Assembly: GCA_009914755.4 (NCBI GenBank)
Contig: CP068257.2
Location: 31,104,001-31,168,000 of the forward strand
Direction: 5' to 3'
Length of the DNA stretch: 64,000 nucleotides
Source: the human T2T-CHM13v2.0 reference genome, Homo sapiens
This document shows, piece by piece, positions 58,133-64,000 of the stretch; positions within the stretch are counted from its first letter, which is position 1, and each line of letters starts with the position of its first letter. The position numbers were made by a program, and so were the translations under genes. The notes beneath the pieces were generated by a model that saw only the letters and a program-made list of their open reading frames with translations, was not told the origin of the DNA and did no database searches.

Positions 58133-58300
58133 CTGTATTCATGCATTCATCCCTCCCTTCCTTCCTTCCTTCATTTCTTCATTTCTTCCTTCCTTCTTTC
58201 CTTCCTTCCCTCCTTCCCTCCTTCCCTCTTTCCTTCCCTCCTTCCCTCCTTCCTTCCCTCCTTCCTTCCTTCCTTCCTTCCTTCCTTCAACTAATGCTTA
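58133..58300. repeat. (TTCC)n·(GGAA)n-type tetranucleotide/compound microsatellite of about 170 bp, with CCTT/CTTT/CCCT variants.
   Basis: tccctcccttccttccttccttcatttcttcatttcttccttccttctttccttccttccctccttccctcc...ccttccttccttccttccttccttcaa. Track ORFs 58113..58334 and 58129..58398 are artefacts of this repeat. Confidence 0.95.
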
Positions 58301-59494
58301 TTGGAAGATTACTAGGTGGCATGCCCTCTGCTAGCCATGGGGGTACAACTCAGAACAAGACAACCCAGGGCCCAGTCCTCATAGAACTTATGTCCTAACG
58401 AAATTGATTCTGCTTCCAATGGGCTGGGGCGTCATAGCCCAAAGCCAGGCCCGTCCTGCATGTGAGGATGGAGAGGCTATAGCAGTGGGGAGGAGGCGAG
58501 AGGAGGGGGCAAATGCAGGAGTTAGGCAGGGCCCAGCCTGGGCTGTGTGCCAGGCCCTGGCTTAGGCCAAGCAGAAGAAACAAAGATACAAAAGACCTGG
58601 ATCCTATCCTCCAGGATTTATCCTCAAAGGAAAAAGACCAATAAGGCTGAACTGAGAAGCACTGTACTGAACATACAGGCGGCTATGAGAACATAGCAGA
58701 GAGAGAGAGAGATTCGACGCGGGGGACTGGATAAGGCGGTTTAGAGTGCTTTGTATCTATTTTGAAGTTGGCACAGGATTTTCTTAAAGGCTTCTTATTA
58801 AATGTATTAATAGGTACATTTTGTCATGAAAGAAAGAGCTTTGAGAAACGTGGAGAACAAGCGTTCTCCCTGAACAAGAGGCTTAACAGTCTTAAGCAGT
58901 GTTAGAATGTGGGTGTGTCTACCCCCTTAGTGAGGAACGGTGTATAATTTATTAATTACAAGATAATTTTAGACAATCAGCTGTCCCAGATTCCACTGGA
59001 GGCCTCTGGGACTTCGTGTCCCAGTAACCCTGTTATCCCAGAACCAGGAATGCTGTCAATACTGTTGGCCCACCCTGACCCTAGCCTTAAAAGAAAAAAG
59101 AGGGGAGAGGTCTATTCATCAGCCCGAACCTAGTGAGAAAAGTGTCTGCCTCCCTGTTTCAGGTGCTGATCCTTTTAGAGGCAGCCGTGGAAGAGGAAAA
59201 GAGATCAGAAGAGAAAAGGATATTGGTTTGCGGAACATGTGGGACAAGAAGTTCCCAGAAGAATTTGTGAGCAACTTCCCGACAGTAAGGCCCTGGCTAG
59301 ACCTCAGGATGGTCCCTGCCTCCTGGACATTAGGAAGCCCAAAGGCCAGAACAAAAACACATGCCTAGTGGGGGAAGGCTCACTAAGAGGGCACCAAGTG
59401 GGGCAAATACCCCTGGTAACCCATTTATGGAGGCTGCCACAGAAATGCTAGTTGGAAATTTTCCTCCTTCAGTCTATCATGAATTTCTTTTTTC

Positions 59495-59772
59495 TCTTTT
59501 GAGATGAAGTCGCCCGGGCTGCAGTTCAGTGGTGCAATCTCAGCTCACTGCAAGCTCTGCCTCCCAGGTTCCAACGATTGTCTTGTCTCAGCCTCCTGAG
59601 TAGCTGAGATTATAAGCACGCACCATCATACCCGACTAATTTTTGTATTTATAGTAGAAATGGGGTTTTGCCATGTTGGCCAGGCTGGTCTTGAACTCCT
59701 GACCTTAGGGTGATCCACCCATCTTGGCCTCCAAAAGTGCTGGGATTACAGGCATGAGCCACTGCACTCGGC
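59495..59772 (-). mobile_element. Alu (minus orientation).
   Basis: ttttgagatgaagtcgcccgggctgcagttcagtggtgcaatctcagctcactgcaagctctgcctcccaggttccaacg...caggcatgagccactgcactcggc. Confidence 0.9.
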
Positions 59773-60277
59773 TGTACCGTGATTATTAGTTCAAGGTTCT
59801 CTTTCACTGGGGTAAAGACCTTAAGAGAGCAGTTTTTGGGCTTTATATTCTCAATTTCCCGCACAGTGCCTAGCACATAGCAAGGACTCAACAAATTTCA
59901 TTGAATGAATGAAAAAACATAGTTTACCAAATGTCAGTGTACTCAAACTCTTTTAACTGCTAGCTATAGAAATCCAATTAAGACTCACTTGGGTAAAAAA
60001 AAATAAAAAAATAAACAAAATAAACTGCTCACTTATTTGAAAAATTAAGGAAGGATTTCAGGCATGGCTTGATCCAGCTACTCAAAAAAGGTTGTCAGAA
60101 ATGTCTGTCCGTTCTTCATTTATTCTTTCTCATTTGTGGGCTTTGTTCCCAGATAAGATCACTCCTTCTGGGGACAAGATGGTCACTAGTAGATCCAGGT
60201 TTACTTTCTATCAGCTGAGCAACCTCTCAAGAAAAAATAAATAAATAAATAAACCTCTCTTTAAATAGCACCAGGCT

Positions 60278-61250
60278 GCTGGGTGTGGTGGCTCATACCT
60301 GTAACCCCAGCACTTTGGGAGGCTGAGGTAGGAGGATTGTGGGAAGCCAGGAGTTCAAGACCAGCCCAGCCAACATTGTGAGACATAATCTCTACAAATA
60401 AAATAAATTAGTTGGACATGATGGTGTGCACCTATAGTCCCAGCTACTCGGGAGGCTGAAGCAGAAGGATCACTTGAGTCTGAGAATTCGGTGTTGTTTA
60501 AGCCACCCTGTTGTGGTATCTGCTATGGCTGCACAGGCAGAAATAGGGACACAAGTGCAGGTTCAGGGCAAGGTGTGTGAGCACACTCAGTCCCTGGCCT
60601 CGGAGTCTCTCTGGATGGCTTCTTGCCTAGGGTGACTGACAGAGGGAGGGATGATATGCAAAGGCACCTGTTCTCCTCATGACCTAACCCCAATTCTTAC
60701 TCCACGGGTTCATGACAGCCTATTCTGCTGGAGACTGTGTCTTAAAACTTCCTCCCCTAGTTTCTCTCAAGTACCCCTCGTGAGCTGTGATTTCACTGGG
60801 CTTTGAACTCTTAGGCCATTTGAGGCTGCAGTGAGCTATGATTGTATCACTGCACTCCAGCCTAGATGACAGAACGAGACCCCATCTCTAATGAATAAAT
60901 AAATATGGCTGGGCACAATGGCTCAGGCCTGTAATCCCAGCATTTGGAAGACCAAGACAGGCAGATCGCTTCAGCTCAGGAGTTCGAGATCATTCTGGCC
61001 AACAAGGCGAAACCCTGTCTCTACCAAAAATACAAAAATTAGCCAGGCAGGGTGGCATGTGCCTTTAATCCCAGCTACAGGGAGGCTGAGGCAGGAGAAT
61101 CACTTGAACCTGGGAGGCAGAGGTTTCAGTGAGCTGAAATTGTGCCACTGCACTCCAGCCTGAGTGACAGAGTGAGACTTTGCAACCAAAAAATAAAATA
61201 ATAATAATAATGAAATAAATAACCAAATAAGTAAATAAATAAATATTAGG
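60278..61250 (+). mobile_element. Alu-rich stretch with three parts. An Alu 5' part at 60278-60495. An Alu 3' end at 60815-60905, separated from it by about 320 bp of non-Alu DNA, possibly one Alu split by an insertion. A complete Alu at 60908-61200 with an (AAAT/AATA)n tail to about 61250.
   Basis: gctgggtgtggtggctcatacctgtaaccccagcactttgggaggctgaggtaggagg...; ggccatttgaggctgcagtgagctatgattgtatcactgcactccagcctagatgacag...; ggctgggcacaatggctcaggcctgtaatcccagcatttggaagaccaagacaggcagatcgcttcagc... Confidence 0.8.
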
Positions 61251-61883
61251 AGGCAAAAATACATTGGACTCCTGAGTCGTACACTCAGCTTGGGAGCCAA
61301 TGAATGGGATCAGCCCCACTGCAAAGAGTGGACTGAGAGGGTAGAAGGATGGTTCTGCAAAGGGAAATCAGGAGGCGCTATCAGAAAAGGGCCAGGTAGG
61401 CAGTCAGAAAGGTGGGTGCCCACAAGACCCATGGGATGAGCATGGGTGAGCATTGCAACTCTACTCCTCTCAGTCTCAGCAAACACTAAAGCACCACTTT
61501 GATAAAATGCCCTCTAAGAGTGCAGATATATGTCTGACTTTGTGGGATATATTCAGATTTTCAAATTGGCTCCTTTACTGGAGGGCCCCTCGATTTTACC
61601 ACCCAAGAATCTTCAAGGATTTTTGCAGGGACACACTTTGGGTACTGCATTTGTGAGCAATAGCCCTGCTTACCTCTCCAAGTCCTGGCTTCACAGTGTG
61701 TTCCTTGGGGTGCCCGGGCCCTAGCTTTCTTCTGGCTTTAACCCCAGAGCCATAACTCAGATCTATACTTGAGACTGCTTCTTGCCAGGGCATCTTCTCA
61801 GCTTCTGACTCTTGAGCCTTTCACAATTTTCTTCTCTTGAGTCTTTCCCCTAATTGCATTTCCACTTTAAAAATAAAAATCAC

Positions 61884-62220
<337 letters not shown>

Positions 62221-62760
62221 TTACGTTTTTAAATTGCTTTTGATTTTTAATTGCTATAAGGATTTGGAGAATGTCACTTGATTTTTCCACAATTAGTTAT
62301 TTGTCTTTTGTGTTAGGACTATAGAGCTCAGAACATCATTATTTATGACATTTCAAATCTGTTTTGGGCAAATGCTCCAAATGCTGTCCTCCCACTGACA
62401 CAATATCTCCTTACTAGTAATATCTTCTTATAAACAGAACTAGTCAAGTTTGAAACATTCCTTTTGAAGCCAAGTATAAACATTATCTAAATGTTGGGTG
62501 TAATCCTAGATTGAGAAGGAATCTGTGTGGAATTTGTTTTGAAGTAACTGATGTCTGTATCTCCTCAATTTAGAACCCTCTGTCTTTATGCAGCTAGTTG
62601 CTAGTATTGTTCTTGAGATTTCTTCAGCTGCAATACAAAAATAATACTCAAACTGATTCTGAATAGTAGCTCTGGTTTTTAAACATGTCCAGTGATTTAA
62701 AGGCTCAAATATTTAATAATCATGCACAAAGGCTCAAATATTTAATAAGTAAGCACATAG

Positions 62761-63135
<375 letters not shown>

Positions 63136-63782
63136 TCAAGCTACTTATTGCGTCTTACAACCTAGGTATATCAGAGACTTCTAGTCCCTGTGAATGCCAT
63201 GTTCTCCTCTCCTTCTTTAGCACACTGTTGGACTTCATTTCTGAGCTTCTGGTAGTGAAGTGGTACCATGTGATTGAGTTCTGGCCAATGGAATATGGTG
63301 GAAGATTCCACGAAGGAACCGACGGCCCTAGAAGATGGCAGAACTGTAGACAAAAGGCTGAATCCCTGAATGATTGTATGAAAGAGAGCACACCCCTCTT
63401 CCCCCTTAATGGCATTAGTCTGTGATGTAAGGGAGGAACAGATCTCAATTACTCTAAGCCACTGATATCTTGAAGTTTGTCAAAGCACCTAGCCTACCCT
63501 GCTAGCTGGGTACAATACAGCAGGTGCTAATATTGCTTTGCAACTTAGGATTTTTACATCCTCTTTTCTCAAAAGAAAATGAGAAATCAACATTTAGAGG
63601 ACATTTATTGGATGCCAGGCAAATGGCCTAAGTCATGGGGAAGCAAAAATGAAGAAGATATCATCCATGCCCTCAAGGGACTTGAAGTGTGCCCAGAGAA
63701 CTTGGAATGTACTCTGGGAACAAACAACTGGGCAACTAATTATAAGACAATGTGATTGGTAGTTCTTAAAGATGCAGATGGA

Positions 63783-64000
63783 GGCCAGGCACAGTGGCTG
63801 ACGCCTGTAATTCCAGCACTTTGGGAAGCCAAGGTGGGCAGATCATCTGAGGTCAGGAGTTTGAGACCAGCCTAGCCAACATGGTGAAACCCTGTCTCTA
63901 CTGAAAATACAAAAAAATTAGCTGGGCGTGGTGGTGGGCACCTGTAATCCCAGCTACTCAGGAAGCTGAGGCAGCAGAATCACTTGAACCTGGGAGGCGG
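63783..64000 (+). mobile_element. Alu (plus orientation) running off the window end.
   Basis: gaggccaggcacagtggctgacgcctgtaattccagcactttgggaagccaaggtgggcagatcatctgaggtcaggagtttgagaccagcc... Confidence 0.95.

Noticed and set aside
58113-58398. ORFs encoding PSFLPSFLPS... repeats.
   Set aside because: They are a translation of the (TTCC)n microsatellite.

Overview
This window is human nuclear DNA, not prokaryotic. It is filled with primate Alu SINEs (about 30 copies), L1 LINE fragments, MaLR/ERV LTRs, microsatellites and a CpG-island promoter. By reading exons directly off the minus strand I place it at chr21q22.11, covering the 5' two-thirds of PAXBP1 (GCFC1/C21orf66), its promoter and the neighbouring C21orf62.

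- PAXBP1: sixteen minus-strand coding exons (window coordinates 33974 down to 192) have consensus GT/AG boundaries. Their codon phases chain consistently, and the translations match PAXBP1 and its paralogue GCFC2. One exon (7084..7206) does not fit: its length is 3n, where the flanking phases require 3n+2, so the reading frame breaks. More 3' exons lie beyond coordinate 1.
- Promoter: the PAXBP1 ATG is at 33974 inside a CpG island (about 33380..34520). The island also holds a 60-bp (GA)n·(TC)n tract and is probably bidirectional (PAXBP1 / PAXBP1-AS1).
- C21orf62: about 22 kb upstream, a 219-codon single-exon ORF (55986..56645, minus strand) is the coding exon of this uncharacterised gene (EURL). 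The ORF starts with a signal-peptide-like segment.
- ORF track: the supplied track uses bacterial start rules. Apart from stretches that overlap true exons, its entries are Alu, L1, CpG-island or antisense artefacts.

No rRNA, tRNA or CRISPR is seen. All coordinates were counted by hand and may be off by 1-2 nt.
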